A DNA stretch of 64,000 nt. Source: Minisyncoccota bacterium (GTDB taxonomy: Bacteria; Patescibacteriota; Minisyncoccia; Phycocordibacterales; UBA9973). Positions 1-7,906 of the stretch are shown piece by piece. Position numbers and translations under genes: made by a program. The DNA is taken from assembly GCA_035714785.1 (NCBI GenBank), contig DASTLQ010000004.1, forward strand, positions 48,248 to 112,247, written 5' to 3'. Every line of letters begins with the position of its first letter. Position 1 is the stretch's first letter. The notes below the pieces were generated by a model. It was not told the origin of the DNA. It was given only the letters and a program-made list of their open reading frames with translations, and searched no databases.

Positions 1-2
1 AA

Positions 3-185
3 GAAGCACTCGGGCTCTACAACGCAGGCGCTACTTTTGTGGTGATGCCACATTATCTCGGGGCGCAGTATGCATCAGAGAGAATTGAAAAATGGGGTAT
101 CATGAAAGAGAAAGCTGATTGGGAAAGTGAAAAAGCAAAACATCTGGAATATTTGGAAAATAGAAAAAAGTTTACAGAGGAGTAA
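3..185 (+). CDS. 3' end of a gene truncated by the window; resembles the C-terminal TrkA-N/RCK part of a Kef-type cation:proton antiporter
   Basis: Hand translation: EALGLYNAGATFVVMPHYLGAQYASER...KKFTEE*; L-x-x-AGA-x-x-V-x-x-P motif typical of RCK domain ends. Confidence 0.55.
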   Translation, partial: EALGLYNAGATFVVMPHYLGAQYASERIEKWGIMKEKADWESEKAKHLEYLENRKKFTEE

Positions 186-220
186 AAAGTGCGCATTTAT
201 AAATAATTTTAAAATAAAAA

Positions 221-670
221 ATGAAAAAAACATATTTATGGATAGTGGTGCTGATTGTTTTAGTAGCAATTGCGTGGATAGCTATGGAAGAGAGAAGAGA
301 AGTGACGGCTCCGTCGGTAGTTGAGGAAATAAGCAACGAGGACGCAAGTGACGAAACAGAAAATACGGTGACAGAAGTATCCGCGGATGCAGAAGTAAAA
401 GAGTTTGTGATAGAGGGTAACAATTTTGCCTTTGTTCCAAATACTATGGAAGTTAAAAAGGGGGATAAGGTGAAAGTAGTGTTTAAATCTACCGAAGGTT
501 TCCATGATTTTGTGATTGATGAATACGGGGCTGCAACAAAACAACTTCGCGCTCCGGCAGAGGAAGTACTTGAGTTTACTGCAGATAAGGTAGGCACTTT
601 TGAATACTATTGTTCAGTGGGCACTCATCGTCAAATGGGAATGGTAGGAACTTTGACCGTGACGGAGTAG
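221..670 (+). CDS. Cupredoxin-domain protein, membrane anchored
   Basis: N-terminal TM; GFHDFVID and YYCSVGTHRQMGM type-1 copper ligands (H, C, H, M). Confidence 0.85.
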   Translation: MKKTYLWIVVLIVLVAIAWIAMEERREVTAPSVVEEISNEDASDETENTVTEVSADAEVKEFVIEGNNFAFVPNTMEVKKGDKVKVVFKSTEGFHDFVIDEYGAATKQLRAPAEEVLEFTADKVGTFEYYCSVGTHRQMGMVGTLTVTE

Positions 671-679
671 AATATAAGA

Positions 680-1078
680 ATGGTAGAACTATCTCAAAAA
701 GAAAAGAAACGTTTTTCCGTGGTGGCGCGAATCAATAGCGCCAACCATGCTTGGCGAGGAATAAAAATATTGCTATCAGCATGTCACAATATGTGGGGAC
801 ATATTTTCTTTTCTTTGGTTGCTGTGTATTTAGGATTTATTTTGGAAATTTCTTCCTACGAATGGATAGCGATCGTCTTTGCTATTGCTTTGGTTGTCGT
901 GACAGAGACATTAAATACTGCGATTGAAATCGATATGGACCTCACTTCTCCGGATTTTCATCCGTACGCTAGAGATACAAAAGATGTGGCGGCGGGAGGA
1001 GTGCTTTTGGCTGTTGTCTTTGCCATCATTATCGGCATGATTGTTTTCTTGCCCAAGATATATCCTATGTTAATATAA
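680..1078 (+). CDS. dgkA: Diacylglycerol/undecaprenol kinase (DgkA family)
   Basis: ETLNTAIE and KDVAAGGVL motifs; 3 TM segments. Confidence 0.85.
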   Translation: MVELSQKEKKRFSVVARINSANHAWRGIKILLSACHNMWGHIFFSLVAVYLGFILEISSYEWIAIVFAIALVVVTETLNTAIEIDMDLTSPDFHPYARDTKDVAAGGVLLAVVFAIIIGMIVFLPKIYPMLI

Positions 1079-1082
1079 GATT

Positions 1083-1433
1083 ATGTTTAGATTAAACCGA
1101 GAAAATGTCCTCAGCCTGTTTCTAGCCTTTGTAGTGATCTGGTTTGGGGTAAATGAATTTACAAATCCAGCAAGCTGGACTGCTTTTATTCCACAGTTCT
1201 TAAATGTAAGCGGAGAAATGGCGCGATATATGGTGATGGCTCATGGAGCGATCCTAGTATTGGCTGGGCTTGCATTGGTGTTTGATTGGAAGAGAAGAAG
1301 TGCAGCGTTTGTAATTTTTATAATGATCCTTTCTATCGTCGCAACCATTATTATGGGTGAAGGATTAGGAGAAATTGCAGTGCGTGATATCGGACTGCTC
1401 GGCATGGCTTTGGCTCTGTCGCTTAGAAGTTAA
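1083..1433 (+). CDS. DoxX-like membrane protein
   Basis: 4 TM segments; WFGVNE and VRDIGLLG motifs. Confidence 0.65.
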   Translation: MFRLNRENVLSLFLAFVVIWFGVNEFTNPASWTAFIPQFLNVSGEMARYMVMAHGAILVLAGLALVFDWKRRSAAFVIFIMILSIVATIIMGEGLGEIAVRDIGLLGMALALSLRS

Positions 1434-1444
1434 AATATAATTTT

Positions 1445-1945
1445 ATGAATACACAAGTAAAAATTTTCGTGGGAGTGATTGCGTTTTTGATTCTTGCCAC
1501 AGTGGTGACTGTTATTATTCGTCAAGGAAGCGGTGGTCCAGCAGTAAAAGACGGACAATATGATTCTTTTGCGCAATGTTTGACCGAACAGGGTGCGATG
1601 TTTTATGGAACTTTTTGGTGTCCTTACTGCAAACAGCAAAAGGATATGTTTGGTTCTTCTGTTAAATATATGCCATACACTGAGTGTTCTACTCCAGATG
1701 GACAGTCCCAGACGGCAGTATGTAGAGAAGCAGAAATTGCCAACTATCCTACTTGGGTATTTGCTGATGGAAGCCGATTAAATGGTCTAGTGCCTCTAGA
1801 GACTTTGGCTGAAAAGACTTCTTGCCAGTTGCCAAGTGATGCTCCGGTGGATGTGTCTTCTGAAGAAGTCGGAGAAAGCTCTTTGGAACCTTCAGCTGAG
1901 CTAGGAGAAGATCAGACAGGATTGGAGGCGGAGGTAGTAGAATAA
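1445..1945 (+). CDS. Membrane-anchored thioredoxin-fold protein (VKOR-associated type)
   Basis: FYGTFWCPYC, YTEC, IANYPTW motifs; N-terminal TM. Confidence 0.8.
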   Translation: MNTQVKIFVGVIAFLILATVVTVIIRQGSGGPAVKDGQYDSFAQCLTEQGAMFYGTFWCPYCKQQKDMFGSSVKYMPYTECSTPDGQSQTAVCREAEIANYPTWVFADGSRLNGLVPLETLAEKTSCQLPSDAPVDVSSEEVGESSLEPSAELGEDQTGLEAEVVE

Positions 1946-1956
1946 TTTAAAAAACT

Positions 1957-2502
1957 ATGACATTCCAAGCAATAAACAACTTAAATATGTTTCTTGGAGC
2001 AGGAGCTATCGCGCTGCAGTTCTTTTCCGTGCTTACGCTTTTCATGCTCTTTTTTGGACCAAGAAAAAATGCTTTTCTTGATTACGTAGACAAGCACTTT
2101 TTGATTTTAGGATTTCTTATTTCGCTTTTCGCATCGCTTTTTTCGATGGTATATACCGAAGTAGTAGGATTCCTAGCATGTGCATTGTGCTGGTATCAGA
2201 GAATCTTTCTTTTCCCGCAAGTATTTCTTTTTGGAGTAGCTCTATGGGAAAAGGATAAGAAAGTGATCAAATATGCGTTACCGCTTCTCCTAGTGGGATT
2301 CGTCATTTCCATCTATCAGACATTCGTATATTACTTTGGAGATGTAAATGCACCCTGCGATGCTTCTGGTATTTCTTGCTATCAACAGCTAGTCTCAGTC
2401 TTCGGCGGATACATCTCGATACCAATGCTTTCGATGACTTCTTTCTTCTCTATGATAGTGCTCCTATCGGTTGTGCATTTTTACGGAAAGAGAAATCTCT
2501 AA
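1957..2502 (+). CDS. dsbB: Disulfide bond formation protein B (DsbB/BdbC)
   Basis: CALCWYQRIF motif, second Cys pair PCDASGISC, ISIPMLS. Confidence 0.85.
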   Translation: MTFQAINNLNMFLGAGAIALQFFSVLTLFMLFFGPRKNAFLDYVDKHFLILGFLISLFASLFSMVYTEVVGFLACALCWYQRIFLFPQVFLFGVALWEKDKKVIKYALPLLLVGFVISIYQTFVYYFGDVNAPCDASGISCYQQLVSVFGGYISIPMLSMTSFFSMIVLLSVVHFYGKRNL

Positions 2503-2601
2503 AAGGGTCCACCTTCGCCAAAGGCGAAGGCGGACCCTTTACACACCCACCACCCTTACCTGTGGATAACATGCAAGGGGACCCCTTACACTTTATCCAC
2601 A
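2502..2601. repeat. Palindromic repeat cluster (motif B hairpin, motif A, two DnaA boxes)
   Basis: aagggtccaccttcgcc-aaa-ggcgaaggcggaccctt, then cctgtggataacatgcaaggggaccccttacactttatccaca. Confidence 0.9.
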
Positions 2602-2614
2602 AATATTAAGAAAT

Positions 2615-2875
2615 ATGGAAAACGAAAAAATAACAAAAGAAGAAAAAAAGGAAAAAGAGACTTTACGAAAAGCCCTGCAGAATCAATCAAAAGGGTACAT
2701 CTTAGCGGGACTTGGATTAGTGTCGGGTCTTGCATGGAATGATGCGATACGGACGCTGATCGAAACGGTCTTTCCATTTTCTAAAGATGAAGTCTGGGTA
2801 AAATTTATATATGCGATAGTTATCACCTTGGTGGTCGTACTCATCGGCCGATATGTTTTTAAGGCGCAAAAATAG
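2615..2875 (+). CDS. Small 2-TM protein (DUF5654-like)
   Basis: AGLGLVSGLAWNDAI...F...KFIYAIVIT motif. Confidence 0.7.
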   Translation: MENEKITKEEKKEKETLRKALQNQSKGYILAGLGLVSGLAWNDAIRTLIETVFPFSKDEVWVKFIYAIVITLVVVLIGRYVFKAQK

Positions 2876-2944
2876 GTGTAAGGGGACCCCTTACCTGTGG
2901 ATAACATGTAAGGGGTCCCCTTACATGTTATCCACAGGGTCCAC
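2876..2944. repeat. Palindromic repeat, full 45-bp form with two DnaA boxes
   Basis: 2894-2938 CCTGTGGATAACATGTAAGGGG-T-CCCCTTACATGTTATCCACAGG, perfect 22-bp arms. Confidence 0.95.
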
Positions 2945-2960
2945 GTGCTAGAATACTGAT

Positions 2961-4514
2961 ATGGAAATTAAAAATAAAGAGGCGCAAATTGCCGTGGTGG
3001 ATTTGGGTTCGCAATACACAGAAATAATCAGGCGAAGTTTGCGCTATCTCGGTTTTTCTTCGGTAATTCTTTCTCCCAATGAAACTTTAGAATGGGTAAG
3101 GCAAAACCATCCAAAGGGCATAATATTGTCCGGTGGAAGTGCCAGCGTATACGACGCTGATGCTCCAAAAATTCCCGAAGAGATTTTAGAACTAAAAATT
3201 CCTATATTTGGAATATGTTTTGGCATGCAGTGGCTCGCGTATATTTCCGACAGAAATGCTGTGCATCAAGTGAAAGAAGGAAAGTCGTATGGACCAGTAG
3301 AAGTAGAAGTGGGCGAAAACACCAAGAGCCATCTTTTTCAAAATGTTGGCAAAAAAATCAAAGCTTGGTCTAGTCATGGAGATTCTGTAAAAATTGCGCC
3401 AGCTGGTTTTCAAATAGTTGCTACGTCAAAAGATGGTTCAGTCATTGAAGCAATGGAAGATTCTTCTAGAAAGTTTTACGGAGTGCAATTTCATCCAGAA
3501 GTAGAACAAACAGAAGATGACAATCAGATTCTATTAAACTTTGTTGAAAAAATTTGCGGATGTGAAAAAGATTATTCTAAAAGTGATGTTATTAAAGAAA
3601 TTCGAGAGAACACTGAAAAGGAATTGGGGCCGGATGGTATAGCCATCATCGGTGTTTCTGGTGGAGTAGACTCTACTACTCTCGCAGCGATCCTCTCTCC
3701 GGTGCTGGGGAATCGTTTAAAAGCTTTCATGATCGATACAGGAGGTATGCGTGAAGGTGAAGTGGAGGCAGTTTTAAAAATAGCTCAAAAGGCGAAGATA
3801 CCTTTGGAAATAATAACAAAATACAAGGAGCGATTTATCGAAGAGATTGGAAAAACGATTGACGCAGAAGAAAAGCGGGCAAAATTTCGCCAAGTATATG
3901 GTGAAGTATTTCGTGAAGTAGCCAAGTCTTACGATGCTACTCATATGATTCAAGGTACTTTAGCCACGGACTTGATTGAGTCAGGAAGCAAGGGAGGCTC
4001 TGCCATGATTAAAACGCATCACAATGTTGATCTTGATTTAGGGTTAAAGGAAATAATGCCTCTCTCTGATTATTTTAAATTTGAAATCAGGGAGCTTGCT
4101 TCAGAGTTTGGATTAGAAGAGCTAGTTGCAAAACGCCAACCATTTCCAGGCCCCGGACTTTTTTTAAGAATTGTTGGAGTTCCTATTACATCTGAGTTGC
4201 TCGAGATTGTCAGAGATGCAGATACCTCCGTAAAAAATATTCTTCAAAAACATGGTGTATATGAAATGATTTCTCAGACAATCGTTTCATTGCTCGGGGT
4301 AAAGACTGTCGGCGTAAAAGGGGATGGAAGAGTATATGGATACGCAATGGCTGTCCGTACTGTAGAAACAGTTGATTTCATGACTGCAAAAGGATTTTAT
4401 TTAAATAAAGAAATATGCGAGGAGATTGTCGCTTCTCTGACTAGTCACAGAGAAATAGTGCGAGTGTTCTTTGACTTTACTCCAAAGCCTCCAGCTACAA
4501 TGGAATATGAATAA
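2961..4514 (+). CDS. guaA: GMP synthase (glutamine-hydrolysing)
   Basis: DLGSQYT, ICFGMQ, FHPEV, SGGVDS, IKTHHN, PFPGPGL, KPPATMEYE. Confidence 0.97.
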   Translation: MEIKNKEAQIAVVDLGSQYTEIIRRSLRYLGFSSVILSPNETLEWVRQNHPKGIILSGGSASVYDADAPKIPEEILELKIPIFGICFGMQWLAYISDRNAVHQVKEGKSYGPVEVEVGENTKSHLFQNVGKKIKAWSSHGDSVKIAPAGFQIVATSKDGSVIEAMEDSSRKFYGVQFHPEVEQTEDDNQILLNFVEKICGCEKDYSKSDVIKEIRENTEKELGPDGIAIIGVSGGVDSTTLAAILSPVLGNRLKAFMIDTGGMREGEVEAVLKIAQKAKIPLEIITKYKERFIEEIGKTIDAEEKRAKFRQVYGEVFREVAKSYDATHMIQGTLATDLIESGSKGGSAMIKTHHNVDLDLGLKEIMPLSDYFKFEIRELASEFGLEELVAKRQPFPGPGLFLRIVGVPITSELLEIVRDADTSVKNILQKHGVYEMISQTIVSLLGVKTVGVKGDGRVYGYAMAVRTVETVDFMTAKGFYLNKEICEEIVASLTSHREIVRVFFDFTPKPPATMEYE

Positions 4515-5130
4515 TCAACCACAGTTTACACAAAAAGAAAAAAAATTGATAAAGAGTCTGAACACTCCAGCGAAGATTCAGGATTTTTTAAATAAACTTC
4601 CTTTTAATTTTGAAAAGGACGGACACGATACTATTAAATCTCCACTCCGTACTCTTCGCGAAAAGAATGCGCATTGTTTTGAAGGGGCACTTCTCGGTGC
4701 TTATATTTTATCGCAACACGGACACACTCCGCTTTTGCTTCATTTGAAAACGACTAGTGATGATATGGACCATGTGATAGCTCCTTTTAAAATAAATGGA
4801 TTGTGGGGCGCACTGTCGAAAACTAATCATGCTGTTTTGCGATATAGAGATCCGGTGTACAAAAATATTCGCGAATTAGTGATGTCGTATTTTCATGAAT
4901 ATTTTTTATATAACGGGAAGAAGACCCTCAGGCAGTATTCGAAGCCTCTTGATATGCGTGTGTTTAAAAAAGGATGGGAGGTTTCTGTTGAAGATTTGTG
5001 GATCGTAGATGAAGCCTTGGATAGGGCAAAGAATTTCGATATTGCGCCAAAAAATATTATTGCAAAGCTTCGCAAGGCCGACATTCTGGAAAGAAAAGTA
5101 GGGCAAGTAGAAGAATATCCAAAGGGGTAA
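4507..5130 (+). CDS. Conserved hypothetical protein with transglutaminase-like Cys/His motifs
   Basis: AHCFEGA, DHVIAPF, WGALSKTNHAVLRYRDPVY; ATG overlaps the guaA end. Confidence 0.6.
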   Translation: MNNQPQFTQKEKKLIKSLNTPAKIQDFLNKLPFNFEKDGHDTIKSPLRTLREKNAHCFEGALLGAYILSQHGHTPLLLHLKTTSDDMDHVIAPFKINGLWGALSKTNHAVLRYRDPVYKNIRELVMSYFHEYFLYNGKKTLRQYSKPLDMRVFKKGWEVSVEDLWIVDEALDRAKNFDIAPKNIIAKLRKADILERKVGQVEEYPKG

Positions 5131-5177
5131 GGGGGGTAAGGGGACCCTTAACATGCAAGGGGACCCCTTACATGTTA
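5122..5177. repeat. Palindromic repeat cluster (motif A) supplying the stop codon of the upstream gene
   Basis: aaggggtaaggggggtaaggggacccttaacatgcaaggggaccccttacatgtta. Confidence 0.85.
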
Positions 5178-5180
5178 CAT

Positions 5181-7181
5181 CTAGAGGCCGAAGATTTTGC
5201 GGACTAAGGACACTAGCCAGTTTCTTTTCTGAGGAGCCTCTCGTTCTGCGGACTTTTCTGATTCGCCGCCACGCGCCAATCCTGCGTCATTCCCTAGCTT
5301 CTGGCCGTCCGTCAGTCCCGCGCCACCTCCTAACTTCTCGCCGCCCGCCCGCCTCATCTCTTCGAGCTGTCTTCTAATTTCTTGGCTGATTTCGTCCCTG
5401 CTTGCCAGTGAACGCTGACTTGCTTGAAATGCTCCAATATTATTCTCAACCCCCGCGCGATTTGCTGGCACCGACAAGATTGCACCCACACCCTCCTTCT
5501 TTTCAAATTTTTTCATAAGCTCATTCCAGTTTTTTCCTGATAGGGAAGAAAGGACATAGCTCGTCTCCCAAAGTTTGTTTTTTTCATTTTCATTTTTTAT
5601 CCCACCAGTTGTATCTTCCACATTTTTCAAAAAGCCGTAAGCGGTGTTTTTGGTTGTTCCATGTTTCCAATTTTCAATTTTCTCTCCCATGGCTAGAATG
5701 CCCTGCATAGCCCATGCGGTAGAAGAAACATTTCCAAAACCTCCATTTTCTTTCTGCGATCTTTTCAAAAAATCTTTTGCTTTTGCTATAGAATTTTTTG
5801 CAGAAGAGTTTAGTGGAAAGTTGGAAAGGGCGACGATGCTTGCGCCAGTCATGTCGGGGCTATCATTCCACGAACCGTTTGCCATTTGTTTGGAAATAAT
5901 AAATGACATAGCATTTTGAATCATCTTCTCCTCTGTCGAATATCCCGCGTTCAGTAGCACGATGATGGCAAATACGTCGTCATTGTACAGTGCGGTATCT
6001 CCAAACTGATTGCCTTTATACGAGTCCACAATTTTTTGAATATAGTTTTCACCGTTTGTTCCGTACGGATTTAGTCCTAGGGCCATCAAGGCCATCGCTC
6101 GACGTTCGATGTCTGTCAGAGTATTACCCGTCGGTTTATTTGTAGCCAAATATTGAAAGAGTTTTGCTTTTTCAAGAGGGAAGTCGGAGTTTCCGAAAAA
6201 AGCGATTGCAGTCCATTCAGTGAAAAGATCTGCGCCAAAAGATCCACCTTCTTCTTGCTGAGAAACTAGATATTTGAAAGCATTATTTATATTGAAGTTA
6301 GAATCATTTTCTTCCTTGGTTGTGGTAACTGGTTTCGCTGGGGTCACAGAACTTCCGCCACCACTACTTCCGCTAGAGCCTCCACCACCACTTCCACTGG
6401 AACCGCCACCACTGGAACCGCCACCCCCACCACCTCCGCCGCTGGATGGAGCTGCCGTCACCACTAATTCCTCTGTTGGAAAGTAGTAGTCTTCCTTTAC
6501 TCCAAAATTATATGTGCCCACCGCAAGAGAAGAAAAAATTGCTTTTCCTTCGTTATCTACCGGCATAGTCACTATCTCAAGTGGCGTCCATGGGTCACTC
6601 GGATTTGGCTGTGTCGCCCCGATAGTCACACCTCCTCGAGCGGTCCACGAATTGTTTTCATAGTCGTATAAAAAAGCTGTGACCGTGACAGTACCGTTTG
6701 TGTAGATGGAACTTGCGCTGAGAGTGATTTTACTTTGAGATCCAAAATATACGTATACTGTTTCGTTGCCAGAAAGAATTGTTTTGTCCATTCCTTCTTG
6801 AGGATAATTTCCATTTACCACAAATTGCCAGTCATCGCATTTGTTGCCCGTGGAGCCGTTGATGCATTTTAAATAGAGGGATTCGAAGGAAGAAAAATAC
6901 TGTAACTCCGAGATATTGAAATTTTCACTTAGAAGATCGGCTGTGTTCACAATAGATAGCACGCTTTTTGCGTCGATGGTCCTAGGCGTACCAGTACTAT
7001 CTGTAAGCTCCACCGTTTCTCCTTCAGGTAGAGCAACTGCACCTTCAAATAATTTCACATTTCCATCTTGGATGATCAGGTTTACGTCCGCCAGCGCAAT
7101 TTGGTTTCCAAAAACAAAAGCGATTAATAAAAAGAACCCGATGCCGAACACTGCACTCGATAATGATTTAATTTTTTGCAT
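5181..7181 (-). CDS. Secreted/surface protein with a DUF4430 (transcobalamin beta)-like domain and prenyltransferase/squalene-oxidase-like alpha/alpha repeats; putative cobalamin-binding protein
   Basis: Signal peptide; DDWQFVVNGNYPQEG...LSGNETVYVYF; Gly/Ser linker; QxxxGSF/W repeats (QQEEGGSFG, QMANGSW, QKENGGFG); upstream B12 riboswitch. Confidence 0.75.
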   Translation of the reverse strand: MQKIKSLSSAVFGIGFFLLIAFVFGNQIALADVNLIIQDGNVKLFEGAVALPEGETVELTDSTGTPRTIDAKSVLSIVNTADLLSENFNISELQYFSSFESLYLKCINGSTGNKCDDWQFVVNGNYPQEGMDKTILSGNETVYVYFGSQSKITLSASSIYTNGTVTVTAFLYDYENNSWTARGGVTIGATQPNPSDPWTPLEIVTMPVDNEGKAIFSSLAVGTYNFGVKEDYYFPTEELVVTAAPSSGGGGGGGGSSGGGSSGSGGGGSSGSSGGGSSVTPAKPVTTTKEENDSNFNINNAFKYLVSQQEEGGSFGADLFTEWTAIAFFGNSDFPLEKAKLFQYLATNKPTGNTLTDIERRAMALMALGLNPYGTNGENYIQKIVDSYKGNQFGDTALYNDDVFAIIVLLNAGYSTEEKMIQNAMSFIISKQMANGSWNDSPDMTGASIVALSNFPLNSSAKNSIAKAKDFLKRSQKENGGFGNVSSTAWAMQGILAMGEKIENWKHGTTKNTAYGFLKNVEDTTGGIKNENEKNKLWETSYVLSSLSGKNWNELMKKFEKKEGVGAILSVPANRAGVENNIGAFQASQRSLASRDEISQEIRRQLEEMRRAGGEKLGGGAGLTDGQKLGNDAGLARGGESEKSAEREAPQKRNWLVSLVRKIFGL

Positions 7182-7236
7182 AGTAATAATAAACTTGGCT
7201 AATAAATAACTGGGCTAATAAATTTGGCTAATAAAT

Positions 7237-7260
7237 AAAAAAATTCTGCCGCCGGCAGAA
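7237..7260 (-). terminator. Intrinsic terminator in the riboswitch leader (attenuator)
   Basis: Minus strand ttctgcc-ggc-ggcagaa followed by a U run, between the aptamer and ATG 7181. Confidence 0.7.
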
Positions 7261-7334
7261 TCATGGTTCCAAAAATCAGTAGAATAAAAAGATTTAGGAT
7301 ATCCTGCTCGGGATCCGCTCGAAATCGAGACGGA

Positions 7335-7440
7335 AAAAATGAATGGTAGTCGGACTTGTCTCTCAGAGAGAGCATACCGTAGCGGCACTGTACCGGAATC
7401 ACACCGGTTTCCCCAAACATTTTCTTAAATTGTTAAAGGC
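7335..7440 (-). promoter_or_regulatory. Cobalamin riboswitch (short form); boundaries approximate
   Basis: Minus strand GGGGAAACCGGTGTGATTCCGGTACAGTGCCGCTACGGTA...AAGTCCGACTACC matches the GGGAA-ccGGTg-aaTCCgg-aC-G-ccGC-ACtGTA...AAGtC core. Confidence 0.8.
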
Positions 7441-7466
7441 ACGTTTTTATTCTATGCTAGATATAT

Positions 7467-7898
7467 ATGGAAAGCAAGAGGACAAAAATAATGGTTTTTG
7501 GCACCTTTGATGGTCTGCACGAGGGCCATATGGATTTCTTTAGACAGGCAAAGGCTTTGGCGGAATCTCCATCCTTGACTGTATCAATTGCTCGCGACGT
7601 CAATGTAATTCGCATAAAAGGAGTACGTCCGCTATTAAAGGAAGAAGAAAGGCACGATTTAATAGAAAAATCAGGCCTTGCAGATAGGGTAGTATTGGGA
7701 GAAGAAAACGACTATATTTCCCATATTGCCAGAGAGGATCCAGATATCATTGCGCTAGGATATGATCAGAGTGATTATGTGGAAGGATTGGAAGAAAAGC
7801 TTAGAGCAAATAGTATAAAAGCAGAGATTGTCCGATTGAAACCCTATAAAGAAAACATTTTCAAAAATAGTTTGCTTAGAAAACAAACTGGAATATAA
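7467..7898 (+). CDS. Cytidylyltransferase family / RibL-type FAD synthase
   Basis: FGTFDGLHEGH HxGH motif; PDIIALGYDQ. Confidence 0.8.
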   Translation: MESKRTKIMVFGTFDGLHEGHMDFFRQAKALAESPSLTVSIARDVNVIRIKGVRPLLKEEERHDLIEKSGLADRVVLGEENDYISHIAREDPDIIALGYDQSDYVEGLEEKLRANSIKAEIVRLKPYKENIFKNSLLRKQTGI

Positions 7899-7906
7899 TT
7901 TAAGAA

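Noticed and set aside
2561-2936. Four DnaA boxes as oriC
   Set aside because: The boxes are parts of a repeat found across the whole window, and there is no dnaA/dnaN or evident unwinding element nearby. It cannot be fully excluded without GC-skew analysis.
2502-2944. Repeat clusters as a CRISPR array
   Set aside because: There is no regular repeat-spacer period, copies are dispersed and variable, and no cas genes are present.
5153-5400. GC-rich stretch and + strand ORF 5153-5377
   Set aside because: It is antisense to the low-complexity C-terminal tail of 5181-7181 and starts inside a repeat; no independent support.
6340-6450. ccaccact-type low-complexity repeat
   Set aside because: It encodes the Gly/Ser linker of the minus-strand protein and is not an independent element.
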